Shown here piece after piece: positions 39,773 through 50,919 of a stretch of DNA of 64,000 nucleotides. The DNA comes from Bacteroidales bacterium. GTDB lineage: Bacteria > Bacteroidota > Bacteroidia > Bacteroidales > VadinHA17. Location of the stretch: NCBI GenBank assembly GCA_049512815.1, contig JBEKWS010000006.1, forward strand, positions 99,398 through 163,397, written 5' to 3'. The first letter of the stretch is position 1. The number at the start of each line of letters is the position of its first letter. Under the pieces are notes generated by a model. The model had not been told where the DNA came from, searched no databases, and saw only the letters and a list, made by a program, of their open reading frames with translations. A program made the translations under genes and the position numbers.

Positions 39773-42529
39773 ATGAAGAAATATCTTCTTTTTCTCATTT
39801 TCTTTACTTCTTTGTTTACAAAGGTTGAAGCAAAAATTTCCCCAGCCAAGTTAAGATGTGAATATCTGGAGAATCCTCAGGTTGTAGATGTGCAGTATCC
39901 TCGTCTTTCCTGGGTTAACATTGCATCTGAAGGTGATCGTGGGCAGATTCAGACTGCCTGGGAAATAAGGGTTGCAGGGAGAAAAGAAAAACTGCTTAAT
40001 GGTCTGGCTGATTTATGGAATAGTAGTAAAGTAGTTTCCAATCAATCTACTAATATCCGTTATGATGGCAAAACCTTATCATCCCGGCAGGATTGCTGGT
40101 GGCAGGTAAGAACATGGGATAAAAATGGCATTGTATCAGTATGGAGTGAACCTGCCTTCTGGAGCATGGGATTGCTGAAACCGGGAGAATGGAATGCCTT
40201 GTGGATTGGAGCTCCCTGGCAGGGAGAAGAGGCATTACCCAAACCTGCAAGGACAGAGCAAGGAGAAGTACCAGGTAAACAAGATTTACCTCCTCCTGCA
40301 CCTCTGCTTCGAAAATCATTTACTATTAACAAGAAAATAGCTTCAGCTCGTGCATATGTTACCGGACTTGGCTATTTCGAACTTTATCTGAATGGAAAGA
40401 AGGTGAGTGAAGATGTTTTAGTACCTAACCTCACTGCTTATGGGAAACGTCCGGGGTTGGAAAAAAATTATATTTCTATACCAGACAATTTCAGAGAATA
40501 CAGGGTAATGTATTTATCCTATGATATTAAAGATATGTTGATAAAAGGAGAAAATGTAATAGGAGCAATATTAGGCAATGGATTCTACAATGCTCCCATT
40601 AACTGGACACAGTCTTATGGAACTCCAAGATTTACAGGTCAGTTCTACATCAACTATACCGACGGTATGAAGGATGTGATAGCCAGCGATCAGAGTTGGA
40701 AAGCATCAAAAAGTCCGATCGTTATGGACCTGGTATATGGCGGCGAACATTATGACGCACGTTTGGAGCAACCAGGTTGGTGCAGTGGTGGCTTTGATGA
40801 TTCAGGGTGGGAACAGGTTGGCATCAGGAAGTTACCTGAGGGCAAAATGAAGGCACACATGTCTCCTACTGACAGAGTAATGGAAAAACTGGCACCCGTA
40901 AAAATAGAATCCTTGGGAGAGGGGAAATACAGGGTTGATTTTGGACAGGAAATATCAGGCTGGCTGCACCTGCTAAATGTAACAGGGGAAGCAGGACGAA
41001 AAATTAATATTAAATACATATGTGAATCACCCGTAGGAGACAATTCATATACCTTAAAAGGGGGAGGCCCGGAATCGTATGCTGCGCGATTTACATGGTT
41101 TGTTTTCAGGAAAGTAGAGATTTATAACTGGCCCGGAGAATTAAAACCGGAACAGGTAAGGGCCGAGGCAGTATACACAAACATTGAGAACACCGGAAAA
41201 TTTGAATCTTCAGATACTTTATTTAACAAGATTAATCAGATATGGGTGCGTAGCCAGAAAGATAATATGCACGGAGGAATAGCCAGTGACTGTCCTCACC
41301 GTGAGCGTTCGCCGTATACTGGTGATGGGCAAGTCGCGTGCCTTACCGTAATGCACAATTTTGATGCGCGTGCATTTTACACAAAATGGATTCAGGATAT
41401 TCTCGGTGCCCAGAATCCGCAAACAGGTTATGTCCCGAATGGAGCTCCATGGCAACCCGGATGTGGAGGAGGAGTAGCCTGGGGTGCTGCAATAAATATC
41501 ATGCCATGGGAATTCTATCTGCATTATGGAGATATCGATATACTGAAGAATAATTACGAAGGGATGAAAGGATACATCCGATATATGCTTTCATGGACAA
41601 ACAAAGAGGGGATTATGTTCTCACAGGCTCCTGCCACTGCAAATCCCAATAAATGGTTGAACCTTGGTGACTGGGCTGCCCCGGGCAAATTGCCTCCTGA
41701 TGATTTGGTCCATACTTTTTATCTTTGGAGATGTGCGGATATTACAACAAAAACTGCTCAGGTTCTTGGTTATACAGATGAAGCAAAGAATTATGCCGAT
41801 CTTGCTGAGAAAACAAAAAAAGCCTTCCAAAATAAATTCTATGATAAAGAAAAAGGAACATATGGATCTCATGGTGGAAACATCTTCGCATTAAAAATGG
41901 GCGTTCCGGAAGACCAGAAACCAAGTGTCATTGCTGCTCTTAAATCGGATATCGCTGCCAATGGTGGTCATTTGGATACAGGAATATTTGGTACCCAGTT
42001 CTTTTTTGAAGTTCTTGCTGAAAATAGGATGCAGGACCTCGCTTATGAGGCTATGAATAAGAAAACACAGCCTTCCTATGGGTGGTGGATCGAACAGGGT
42101 GCTACTACAACGTGGGAGCAATGGGATGGAAGTGGTTCACACAACCATCCCATGTTCGGTGGAGCCATCGTATGGTTCTATCGTGAACTTGCCGGCATGA
42201 ATACTGATCCGTTGCAACCTGGTTATCAGAATATTATTTATAAACCTCAGCCTGCCGGAGATGTTAGATTTGCTTCCTATTCAAACGAAACGTCCAATGG
42301 AACGGCAGCCATAAGTTGGAAAAAGAATGCCGATATATTCAAATTGGATATAAAAGTTCCGGTTGGAAGTACAGCTACTGTTTATGTTCCAGCATTAAAT
42401 GTAAAGAACGTAACTGAAAGCGGAAAGAAAATAAATGCTAAAAGTGGTGTGAGTTTTCAAAAGATGGAGAACGGATATGCTATTTTTACCGTTAACTCCG
42501 GCAATTATTCATTTGATTCTCAACTTTAA
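39773..42529 (+). CDS. GH78 alpha-L-rhamnosidase
   Basis: 918 aa. LRCEYLENPQVVDVQYPRLSW is the typical GH78 N-terminus, and SDCPHRERSPYTGDGQ is the catalytic-domain motif. Confidence 0.85.
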   Translation: MKKYLLFLIFFTSLFTKVEAKISPAKLRCEYLENPQVVDVQYPRLSWVNIASEGDRGQIQTAWEIRVAGRKEKLLNGLADLWNSSKVVSNQSTNIRYDGKTLSSRQDCWWQVRTWDKNGIVSVWSEPAFWSMGLLKPGEWNALWIGAPWQGEEALPKPARTEQGEVPGKQDLPPPAPLLRKSFTINKKIASARAYVTGLGYFELYLNGKKVSEDVLVPNLTAYGKRPGLEKNYISIPDNFREYRVMYLSYDIKDMLIKGENVIGAILGNGFYNAPINWTQSYGTPRFTGQFYINYTDGMKDVIASDQSWKASKSPIVMDLVYGGEHYDARLEQPGWCSGGFDDSGWEQVGIRKLPEGKMKAHMSPTDRVMEKLAPVKIESLGEGKYRVDFGQEISGWLHLLNVTGEAGRKINIKYICESPVGDNSYTLKGGGPESYAARFTWFVFRKVEIYNWPGELKPEQVRAEAVYTNIENTGKFESSDTLFNKINQIWVRSQKDNMHGGIASDCPHRERSPYTGDGQVACLTVMHNFDARAFYTKWIQDILGAQNPQTGYVPNGAPWQPGCGGGVAWGAAINIMPWEFYLHYGDIDILKNNYEGMKGYIRYMLSWTNKEGIMFSQAPATANPNKWLNLGDWAAPGKLPPDDLVHTFYLWRCADITTKTAQVLGYTDEAKNYADLAEKTKKAFQNKFYDKEKGTYGSHGGNIFALKMGVPEDQKPSVIAALKSDIAANGGHLDTGIFGTQFFFEVLAENRMQDLAYEAMNKKTQPSYGWWIEQGATTTWEQWDGSGSHNHPMFGGAIVWFYRELAGMNTDPLQPGYQNIIYKPQPAGDVRFASYSNETSNGTAAISWKKNADIFKLDIKVPVGSTATVYVPALNVKNVTESGKKINAKSGVSFQKMENGYAIFTVNSGNYSFDSQL

Positions 42530-42646
42530 TATTCAGATCATGCAAAACAATTTTATTTTTTCACCTAATCGACGAATCTGACCAATAAGAGTTTTATTAA
42601 GCTTAATTGTTTAATTGTAGTTTAAATTGAAACTTAAATAGAAATT

Positions 42647-44389
42647 ATGAGAAGACTCTGTTTTTTAATTACTGCAGCCCTGATTTTGGCAGAAGTTGTA
42701 GCTGCCGGTCAGGATTCTTCTTCAAAAAGTAAAGTAATTACCAAAACCGACATTGAAAAGGCAGGTAGCTCAATCCCGGTTTCAGCTATCGGAGAACCGG
42801 TTGGCTCGGTCAAACTCTATACTCCACGCTGGGTTGAAGCAACCGATGCCACGCCTGCATACGCTGTTGTTGAAGGTTCAATTTTCCCGGTAGATCCTAA
42901 TGGCTGGCCCATTAATTTCCGGGTGCTTCTTCCAGCAAGCTGGTCGCACCGTGCCATGCAAGCTGGTGGTGGAGGCATGAATGGATCGATCACTGTCAGG
43001 GAAGGTAAAAATCCGATGATCAATAAGGGATTTGTGATGTATGGCAGTGACTCAGGCCACCAGGGAGGAATGGGTGGCGGTGGTACAGTTCTGGCTTCCG
43101 GTCCTGCAGGAGCTAAACCTGATGACTGGGCTCTCAACAAAGAGGCCATCCGCAATCTTGGTTATATGCAAATGAAGAAGACTCACGATGCCGCAATGGT
43201 AATAATTGAAAGAATTTATGGAGAACGGCCCCGATTCAACTATTATGTTGGAGGTTCACAGGGTGGACGCGAAGGGCTTATGGTTGCACAAAGATACCCT
43301 GCTGATTATAACGGCATAATATCCGATGTTCCGATAGTCAGCTTTTCAACACTTATGCTCGCCCCTGAATTGATAAGGATACAGGAAAAACCATTGGCAA
43401 ACTGGGTGACACCTGCCAAGGTTAATGCAATCAGGGCTGAGTTCCTGAGACAATGTGACAAACTTGACGGATTGTCTGATGGGATAATCAATAACTATAT
43501 GGCGTCACGTGCTATCTTTGATGTAACAGACGGTTCTGGCCCTGTTGATCCATGGGCAGCCCTGCGTGAGGCAAACAGTAAGGATCCAAAACCTGAAGAT
43601 AATTCAACATCGGCAAGGCTCACCAATGAACAGATTAAGACACTTGAATTTGTCTATAGTCTGTATAAGTTCCCATCTCCACTTGCAAATGGTGTTAAAT
43701 CGTTCGGTATGTGGCTTCCGACTACCGATCCTGAATCTTTTGGGACGGTTACCCCTAATCGGTACAAAGGACAGGAAGGTGCACGTGAGAACGCTCCGGT
43801 ACATTCATCCCTGGGAGTTCTTGGAGTAACCGGGTTCCTGATGCAGAATCTATCAGCTAATCCACTGGACTATGCCGAAGGAAAAGCCATGAATGAACGC
43901 CGGAAACAGATATCCGAATGGCTCGATGCCACAGATCCAGATCTTAGTGCATTTTATAAACATGGAGGGAAAATAATACTTACGGTCGGCACACAGGATT
44001 TTATAGCCTCTTCCGGTGCACAGCTTGATTACTATCAGTCATTGATAAATAAGATGGGACAGAAGAAACTGGATAAGTTTGCGCGGTTGTATGTTGTTCC
44101 ACAGGCAGGCCACGGATTATCAGGCAAGAGTTATAAGATGAACGGGGATGGCGAAACGGTTGAAGTAAAAAACATTCCATCACCAAACTCCAATGACAAA
44201 ATGGATATGATAATATCATGGGTTGAAGAAGGCAGCGCTCCTGCGAAAACACTTGTTGTCAGCCCCGATGGGCGAATTGGAGTAAAACCCGAAGGTAAAG
44301 GATATATTCTTTGCTCATATCCGAACTATCCAAGGTATGTGGGAGGACCGCAAGATCAGGTATCTTCGTATATCAGCTCATCGAAATAA
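42647..44389 (+). CDS. Tannase/feruloyl-esterase-family serine hydrolase
   Basis: 580 aa with a signal peptide. The block GGSQGGREGLMVAQRYPADYNGIISDVP matches the family nucleophile region. Confidence 0.8.
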   Translation: MRRLCFLITAALILAEVVAAGQDSSSKSKVITKTDIEKAGSSIPVSAIGEPVGSVKLYTPRWVEATDATPAYAVVEGSIFPVDPNGWPINFRVLLPASWSHRAMQAGGGGMNGSITVREGKNPMINKGFVMYGSDSGHQGGMGGGGTVLASGPAGAKPDDWALNKEAIRNLGYMQMKKTHDAAMVIIERIYGERPRFNYYVGGSQGGREGLMVAQRYPADYNGIISDVPIVSFSTLMLAPELIRIQEKPLANWVTPAKVNAIRAEFLRQCDKLDGLSDGIINNYMASRAIFDVTDGSGPVDPWAALREANSKDPKPEDNSTSARLTNEQIKTLEFVYSLYKFPSPLANGVKSFGMWLPTTDPESFGTVTPNRYKGQEGARENAPVHSSLGVLGVTGFLMQNLSANPLDYAEGKAMNERRKQISEWLDATDPDLSAFYKHGGKIILTVGTQDFIASSGAQLDYYQSLINKMGQKKLDKFARLYVVPQAGHGLSGKSYKMNGDGETVEVKNIPSPNSNDKMDMIISWVEEGSAPAKTLVVSPDGRIGVKPEGKGYILCSYPNYPRYVGGPQDQVSSYISSSK

Positions 44390-44528
44390 GTCAATGCAAA
44401 TGTCAATCATTCAACAGATTCCGAATCAACAGAAGCAGTTTGCCATATTGCTTCTGTTTAACAGCATTCAACAATTTACCTATGCAATTACTACTAAAGA
44501 CAAGTATTATATATAAAATCTGTTGATT

Positions 44529-44545
44529 GGTTGCAACATTTTCCT
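44529..44545 (+). repeat. GGTTGCAAC-box intergenic repeat, copy F (first box only)
   Basis: GGTTGCAACATTTTCC, between convergent genes. Confidence 0.4.
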
Positions 44546-44593
44546 TGCTTATTTCTATATATCGTTCTTTCCCCTTCTGGAAAGAACTGCTTA

Positions 44594-47311
44594 CTAAGTC
44601 ACCTGAGCAACCCAATCCAGCGGCTTGTACCGATTGAGCTTCAAATGGATTTCCACCGGTTCTTTCTCCGGCAAGTACAGTTCACAGTCTGCATTGCCCC
44701 TCTTGAACGCTCCTAAAACTCCGGCAGGTGCCGAGATATCCTTTATTCCATGCCTGGCAATCAATGTGATGTCTTGCTTTCTCACCGATGTGATCGTTAA
44801 GTCCACGGTCCGAGCTTCCATGTCCCAGACCAGTTTGTCGATCCTCGCAAAGGTACGGGCAAGCATCCCGTTAATCGATCCTTTTACCAGTGAGGGAGGA
44901 AGAGCAGGAAGCAACTCTATCACACCGGGGCGCGAGTAGGCCAGCATTTCCATCATGATTGCAGGAATTCCGCCCTGCGCATCAGGTACAGGCACGCCAT
45001 AAGTCTCGCGCGAACACCTCAGTACGGTGCTGACATAGCCCTGTTCAATCAATTGCCTCAGTTGGATATCCACGATGATGTTGTCTTTGAGCCGGGCCCC
45101 GATCAAAGCACGATGGCAGCGGGCATAAGCAGCTAAAGTTTCACCCGGGACTGCAGTGGACATCGTATCAAATGTGCGCCTCCGGTTGGCTATCTCCGCA
45201 GCCCGGGCCAGTTGCGACGTGCGATCCGGATCAATTTCATCGCCCGGCCAGGCGCCGTAGAGATGAGAGACATGCCGATGGCTGTAATGCTCTTCCAACG
45301 TTGGCCAGGCCCATTCCTTCAGGGTGCCGTCAGATTCGACCAGATAAGGCGGTAACTTTGCCAGCATTGCTTTCCATTTCGTCAGATTGTCAGTATCGCT
45401 GCCCAGAAGCTCACAAGCCTTGATTAAATTGGTCAGCACTTCCCGGCAAACCGCGATGTCCATGCTGGCATTGATTAACACGGGTCCGGACGGGTCCGTG
45501 CTGCGGGACATGTTCTCCGGCGAGATGGATGGGACAAAGATAAAATTCCCGTCTTTGTCAGTGACAGTCAGGAAATCCTCGTAGAACTGCGCCAATTCTT
45601 TATAGGCCGGCACCACCCGGTTGCGGAGAAATTCCACATCCCCGGTGACCAGATAATGGTCCCAGAACAGGCGTACACACCAGCCTCCGGCGGAAATCCA
45701 GTAGGGCCAAACTCCGATGTCGGAGCCTGGTGTATAATAGAAATTGATGCCGAATCCCTTATCTGGAAAGAGGGGATACGAAGTGCCTCCGAATCCGAAA
45801 ATGTTCCTGGCATTGCTACGGCAATCCGGGGCGATTTCCTCCATCCATTTGAAGTAAGCCTCCATACCTTCCCGCAGGTCGCCCTGCACGGCGCCTGCTG
45901 TTTGCAGGTTAATGGTGGAGTTGATCCCGGCTGCGATGCTTGGATACTTGCCGCTGTTCAGGATGAACCAATGGCGTCCCATTTCGAAGATCTTCTCCAG
46001 CAAGGCGGGCGAAAAGTCCGGTCTTGAATGCTGGTCGGACAGAAGCTCCTCAGAAGACATTCCATATTGCAGGTCCCCACCGAAATCCACTGTGACGCGG
46101 TTGAGAATTTCCGACTGGACCTTTTGATGCCGCTCAAGTAGTGCCGGATAGTCGGGCGTGAGTCCTTCCACCGCCTTCCGGAGAGCTTCGACTTTGTCCT
46201 CGCTGAATTCAGGAAAATATTCAATTCGTGTAAGCAGTATTACAGAGGATGCATTCTCAATAACCATAGTGCTTCCATCCATCCTGGCCGAGCCACCGTT
46301 GCGAACAACGCGGGTCATTCCGGCATAGCCGCTGTTGTCCACGGAGGGATCTAAACGGCATTTGTAAATCAGCCGCTGCTCGTTGCAATCCTGCCGAACG
46401 TCGCCGGCTTCGACACCCTTTGGGGCGAGTTTTTTTTGGACAGATGCCAGTTGGGTGAATGCTGCCATGTCCGGATCGGTTGTTCCAATTCCCCGGCGGG
46501 CTCCCCAGTCCATTCCGGAAGCAAAGCTCCACTCGGTGAACTTCTGCAAAGAGATTCGGACATTCATCTTCTTACCTTCCGGAGCAGCTAGCCATTGGAC
46601 GACGACGTTGTCGGGACGTGAAGTGAAAGCTTGACGAAGCCACTCGCCGTGTTCGTCAGTCCAGATGACCTTTATCTCGCTGTTCTCGAAGTTGATAGTG
46701 CGCAGATAGTTCCTGACCGACGCGGTTTTAGGAAGATCGAGCTTCATCAGGAATGCCGGGATGGTGAGGTGCGGCTCGGTGTCCTGCTTGATCGGGCCTT
46801 CATTCATGTGCTGAATAGCGAGAGCAATGGCTTCTCTGTTTTTCCCATCCAGCACCATTTGCCGTACTTGCGGAAAAATGTCCGCGACATTAGGTGCCTC
46901 CAGGGGCCTCTTCCAGGGCATAAGCAGGCTTTCGTGGTGAAAAAGGATTTGTTCTGAGTAGGGATCGCCCATCAACTCTATATTCATCGCACCATTGCCA
47001 GAGGTGAGCGCCTCACTAACCAGGAACCCGGGGGCGATGCTGCAAAATCCCCGCCGTGGCACAATCTTCCTCCTGACCCGCTCTTCCAGCGGCATCGGTG
47101 GGAAAGGATACGACCTCCCGGCTGCCGGCGGCTTTGGCAGGAATGGCTCCCCTTGCACGCGGTTAAGATATCCAGCTGGACGATTGTCCTTCAACGGCGC
47201 GCCTGTTTTCGGGGATTCCTCTTCAGTCGCGGTGATCAATGGTGATATCTCCAGAGAACCCATCAGGCCGGCAACGGCCGCACTTGTTTTAACAAATTTT
47301 CTGCGTTTCAT
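44594..47311 (-). CDS. GH95-like glycoside hydrolase with Tat signal, GC-rich paralog 2
   Basis: 905 aa starting MKRRKFVKTSAAVAG, with the same conserved blocks as paralog 1. It starts 30 nt downstream of paralog 3, so the two are probably one operon. Confidence 0.75.
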   Translation of the reverse strand: MKRRKFVKTSAAVAGLMGSLEISPLITATEEESPKTGAPLKDNRPAGYLNRVQGEPFLPKPPAAGRSYPFPPMPLEERVRRKIVPRRGFCSIAPGFLVSEALTSGNGAMNIELMGDPYSEQILFHHESLLMPWKRPLEAPNVADIFPQVRQMVLDGKNREAIALAIQHMNEGPIKQDTEPHLTIPAFLMKLDLPKTASVRNYLRTINFENSEIKVIWTDEHGEWLRQAFTSRPDNVVVQWLAAPEGKKMNVRISLQKFTEWSFASGMDWGARRGIGTTDPDMAAFTQLASVQKKLAPKGVEAGDVRQDCNEQRLIYKCRLDPSVDNSGYAGMTRVVRNGGSARMDGSTMVIENASSVILLTRIEYFPEFSEDKVEALRKAVEGLTPDYPALLERHQKVQSEILNRVTVDFGGDLQYGMSSEELLSDQHSRPDFSPALLEKIFEMGRHWFILNSGKYPSIAAGINSTINLQTAGAVQGDLREGMEAYFKWMEEIAPDCRSNARNIFGFGGTSYPLFPDKGFGINFYYTPGSDIGVWPYWISAGGWCVRLFWDHYLVTGDVEFLRNRVVPAYKELAQFYEDFLTVTDKDGNFIFVPSISPENMSRSTDPSGPVLINASMDIAVCREVLTNLIKACELLGSDTDNLTKWKAMLAKLPPYLVESDGTLKEWAWPTLEEHYSHRHVSHLYGAWPGDEIDPDRTSQLARAAEIANRRRTFDTMSTAVPGETLAAYARCHRALIGARLKDNIIVDIQLRQLIEQGYVSTVLRCSRETYGVPVPDAQGGIPAIMMEMLAYSRPGVIELLPALPPSLVKGSINGMLARTFARIDKLVWDMEARTVDLTITSVRKQDITLIARHGIKDISAPAGVLGAFKRGNADCELYLPEKEPVEIHLKLNRYKPLDWVAQVT

Positions 47312-47341
47312 ATATATATTTTTTTGATTTTTTCTTGTTGA

Positions 47342-50014
47342 TTACACCCAATTAACCCAATCCAACGGGTTTCGCTGGCCTATTTTCAAATGAACTTCCA
47401 CCGGTTTTCCTTCCGGCAAGTGCAAATCGCAGGTAGCTTTGTCGGATTCGGGCTTCGCTGCCAAAACTCCTGAAGAGGCGGAAATATCTTCTATACCATA
47501 CCGGGCAATTAAAGTTACATCCTGCTTTCTCACGGAGGTGAGGGTTAAGTCCACGGTCCGGGTATCCATGTTCCAGGCCAGTTTGTCCAGTCTCGCAAAT
47601 GTGCGAAGAAGCATTCCATTGATGGAACCCATAACCAGAGAGGGAGGTAGGGCCGGAAGCACTTCAATAACACCGGGGCGCGAGTAGGCCAGCATTTCCA
47701 TCATAATCGCGGGAATCCCGCCCTGTGCATCCGGCATGGGGAAGGCGTAGGGGTCATGAGAACACCTGAGCGTGGTGCCCACGAAGCCTTGTTCAATCAG
47801 TTGCCGCAGTTCGCTGTCCACCATGTAGCAATCTTTGAGCCGCGCCCCGACCAAAGCACGATGGCATATACCATGAGCGGCCATTCGCTCCGGGACATGG
47901 TGCCGGTCGGCGATCATCGCCGCCTTTGCCAGTTGCGGCGTCCGGTCCGGATCAATTTCGTCGCCCGGCCAGGCACCGTAGAGATGAGAGATATGCCGTT
48001 GATTATAACGCTCTCCCAGTGAGGCCCAGTCCCATTCCTTAAAGGTACCATCCGGTTCGAGCAGGTAGGGCGGCAGCTTGGCCAGCATCGCCTTCCATTT
48101 CAGCACACCGTCCGCCTCAATGCCCAGTAGCTCGCAAGCCTCGACCAGATTGACAAGGACTTCCCGGCACACTGAAATGTCCATGCTGGAGTTAATCACC
48201 AACATGCATCCGGGGTTCAGGTTGCCTGGATTGTTCTCCGGAGAGAAGGATGGGACGAAGATATAATTCCCATCTTTGTCGGTAACCGTCAGGAAGTCCT
48301 CGTAAAACATGGCCAGATCCTTATAAGCCGGTACCACTCGCTTGCGGAGGAAATCCATGTCGCCAGTTACAAGATAATGGTCCCAGAACGGGCGCACACA
48401 CCAGCCACCGGCGCTAAGCCAGTATGGATGTGGCCATGTCTCCCCGGTATTACCAGCGTAGTCTAACATAGTAGAAACGCCCGAATCTTTGGTCGGCGTG
48501 AGGGCATAATGAGTGCCGCGCATGCCGTAAATATTCTTTGTATTGGTCCTGAAGTCCGGGACCAGGCTCTCCATCCAGTTGAAGTAGGCATCCATGCCTT
48601 CCTTATGATCGCCCTGCACGCCCGGAGCAATCTGCAGGTTGATATTGGCATTGGTTTCAGCCGACATGCTGCAATACTTGCCGCTGGTGAGGATGAACCA
48701 GTAGCGGCACATCTCGAAAAACGTCTTGAGAAAAGCGCCGGAATAGCCCGGGCTGGACCTCTGGTCAGACAGAAGTTCCTCGGATGACATGCCATATTTG
48801 GAGGCGTCGCCGAAATCCACGGTGACGCGGTTTAGCATCTCGGACTGGACCTTGCGGGCCCGCTCCAGCAGCACCGGATAGTCCGGGGTAAGTCCTTCCA
48901 GCGACTGCCGGACAGCTTCCACCTTGTCCTCGCTGTAATCGGGTAAATATTCAATGCGTGTGAGCAGCATCACAGACGACGCATTCTCTACCACCACCGT
49001 TTCGCCGTCCATGCGGGCCGAGCCGCCGTCGCAGACCACGCGGGTCACGCTGGCAAAGCCCCTGTTGTCTACTGAAGGATCCAAACGGCCTTTGAAAATC
49101 AATCGCTGCTCGTTAAAGTCTTTCTGGCTGTTGCTGGAGCCACTACTTCCCACCTGCGCTCCTGCGCGGCTACGTATTCCTGCAAAATCCTGGCCTCCAC
49201 CAGCACCTCGTCCTCCTCCTCCTCCTCCTCCTTCCGACATCTTGATACGGACATTCACCGACTGTCCTCTGGGCGGGGTGAGCCAATGGACCACTACATT
49301 GTCGGGACGCGACGTGAAGATCCGGCGAACCCAGTTGCCATGCTCATCAGTCCAGTGAACCTTCACCTCGGTACTCTCGAAATCAACAGTGCGGAGATAG
49401 TCCCTGACCGATGCGCTTCCCGGAAACTCCAAAAGCATGGAGAATCTTTCGCCGCCAAACCCACCCATCACCCAGCTGATGGGGGTTTTATGCCATTCGT
49501 TGTAAGCCAACATTGCAGCTTCGTGGTATTTTCCATCCAGCACCATCTGCCGCACCTGCGGGAAAATATCTGCGATCCTTGGCGCCTCGAAGGGCCTCCG
49601 ACGGGGCGTGAACAGGCTTTCGTGGCTGAAAGGAATCCGTTCGGTGTAGGGATCGCCCCTTACTTCGATGCTTACAGCTCCATTGCCTGAGATGAGAGCA
49701 TCAGCACCAGGTGCCAGACTGCAAAAGCCCCGCCGCGGCACGATCTTCCTACTGATCCGCTCCGCCAGCGGCATTGGGGAGATCTGAACAGCGGGCGTCA
49801 GTTTTGATTTGGCAAATACCGGCGGTGCGGGTAAATACTTATCTGCCCGCACCCGGTTAAGATATCCGGAGGAACGGATCTCCTCCTCTGCCCCTACCAT
49901 TGACCCCGAGGATAGATTTTGGGATTTACACGCCGTCAACTGCAGTAAAGTACCTGGAATACTCACCATGCCTGCAGCAACCGCACCTTTCTTAAGAAAA
50001 ACTCTTCGCTTCAT
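47342..50014 (-). CDS. GH95-like glycoside hydrolase with Tat signal, GC-rich paralog 3
   Basis: 890 aa starting MKRRVFLKKGAVAAG, with the same conserved blocks. It carries a glycine-rich variable loop, SEGGGGGGGRGAGGGQ. Confidence 0.75.
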   Translation of the reverse strand: MKRRVFLKKGAVAAGMVSIPGTLLQLTACKSQNLSSGSMVGAEEEIRSSGYLNRVRADKYLPAPPVFAKSKLTPAVQISPMPLAERISRKIVPRRGFCSLAPGADALISGNGAVSIEVRGDPYTERIPFSHESLFTPRRRPFEAPRIADIFPQVRQMVLDGKYHEAAMLAYNEWHKTPISWVMGGFGGERFSMLLEFPGSASVRDYLRTVDFESTEVKVHWTDEHGNWVRRIFTSRPDNVVVHWLTPPRGQSVNVRIKMSEGGGGGGGRGAGGGQDFAGIRSRAGAQVGSSGSSNSQKDFNEQRLIFKGRLDPSVDNRGFASVTRVVCDGGSARMDGETVVVENASSVMLLTRIEYLPDYSEDKVEAVRQSLEGLTPDYPVLLERARKVQSEMLNRVTVDFGDASKYGMSSEELLSDQRSSPGYSGAFLKTFFEMCRYWFILTSGKYCSMSAETNANINLQIAPGVQGDHKEGMDAYFNWMESLVPDFRTNTKNIYGMRGTHYALTPTKDSGVSTMLDYAGNTGETWPHPYWLSAGGWCVRPFWDHYLVTGDMDFLRKRVVPAYKDLAMFYEDFLTVTDKDGNYIFVPSFSPENNPGNLNPGCMLVINSSMDISVCREVLVNLVEACELLGIEADGVLKWKAMLAKLPPYLLEPDGTFKEWDWASLGERYNQRHISHLYGAWPGDEIDPDRTPQLAKAAMIADRHHVPERMAAHGICHRALVGARLKDCYMVDSELRQLIEQGFVGTTLRCSHDPYAFPMPDAQGGIPAIMMEMLAYSRPGVIEVLPALPPSLVMGSINGMLLRTFARLDKLAWNMDTRTVDLTLTSVRKQDVTLIARYGIEDISASSGVLAAKPESDKATCDLHLPEGKPVEVHLKIGQRNPLDWVNWV

Positions 50015-50121
50015 AATTACCTCTTTATGTTTATTTTGAATTTATTAATTGGATACAATGTTTTGACCACAACTATATTATGACTTTGAGTAAAACAAAA
50101 TTCAAAGGATGAATAAAAAAC
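50012..50121. repeat. Duplicated upstream leader/promoter region of the GH95-like genes, copy 2
   Basis: Near-identical to 24431..24540. The candidate -7 box is at 50070..50077. Confidence 0.8.
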
Positions 50122-50336
50122 AATTCGAAAATTAAATAAATTTTTTGGGGAAAGAAAACAGATATTAAAAAATTAAATTTAGTCTCCCTCCCATTGGAGA
50201 TCTATCTCTGTTTTTATAAATGAATCGTTCGGAAAAAAGTTTATATTTTGTTAGCAACCTGATTTTTTAACAGGCAAACGTCTTTACAATCAAAAATCTG
50301 GAATACCTTTTTGCCGGATATAACAAGCCAAAAAAT

Positions 50337-50702
50337 ATGGTTGCTCCTTTTAACCTTTCCGGGCTTGTTACTATTGAACACTTATTAATTTTGAATATTG
50401 TAAACAATTACACAACCACCCATATTCAGAAGGGAAGAGGAAAACCTGATCATAATGAATGGAGGGGGAAAAAAGTATATATCGATACATTTGCATCCTG
50501 GTGCAGGCCATGGAAATCTGAATTTAAATTTACCAAAGAGCTTACAGAATTGCTTGAATCCAAAAATATTGCCAGTCTCTATATCTCACTGGATCAGAAA
50601 AGTGAAACTCTGAATTGTAAGGATATTATTAGGTTTTACAGTTTGAAAGGTCATCATATCCTTGCCGCCAAACAACTTGCGGAGGATGTTCATAAATGGT
50701 AA
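50337..50702 (+). pseudogene. Thioredoxin-fold (TlpA/ResA-like) relic lacking signal peptide, CxxC motif and C-terminus
   Basis: GKKVYIDTFASWCRPWKSEFKFTKEL...YISLDQ resembles the family pattern GK..L.DFWASWCGPC. The second Cys is replaced (CRPW). The 5' end of the ORF is repeat copy G. Confidence 0.4.
50339..50367 (+). repeat. GGTTGCAAC-box intergenic repeat, copy G (degenerate)
   Basis: GGTTGCTCCTTTTAACCTTTCCGGGCTTG. About 95 nt upstream of it is also homologous to the region upstream of copy C. Confidence 0.5.
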
Positions 50703-50919
50703 AAAGTATTGATTGACAAATAGTTAGTCCTTATTATATTTAATTTTTAGTGGACACTAATGATATATTATTTGATTTCACAAAATAATTCATTAGTTGA
50801 TGTTTGAATTAACCGGTAGTAATGGGATCTCCCTCTCTCCTAAATAGCATATAACGTAGGAATTACTCATCCCTTAAAATGAATTCTTAAATAACGAAAT
50901 TTAAAATTCAGGAATGGTT

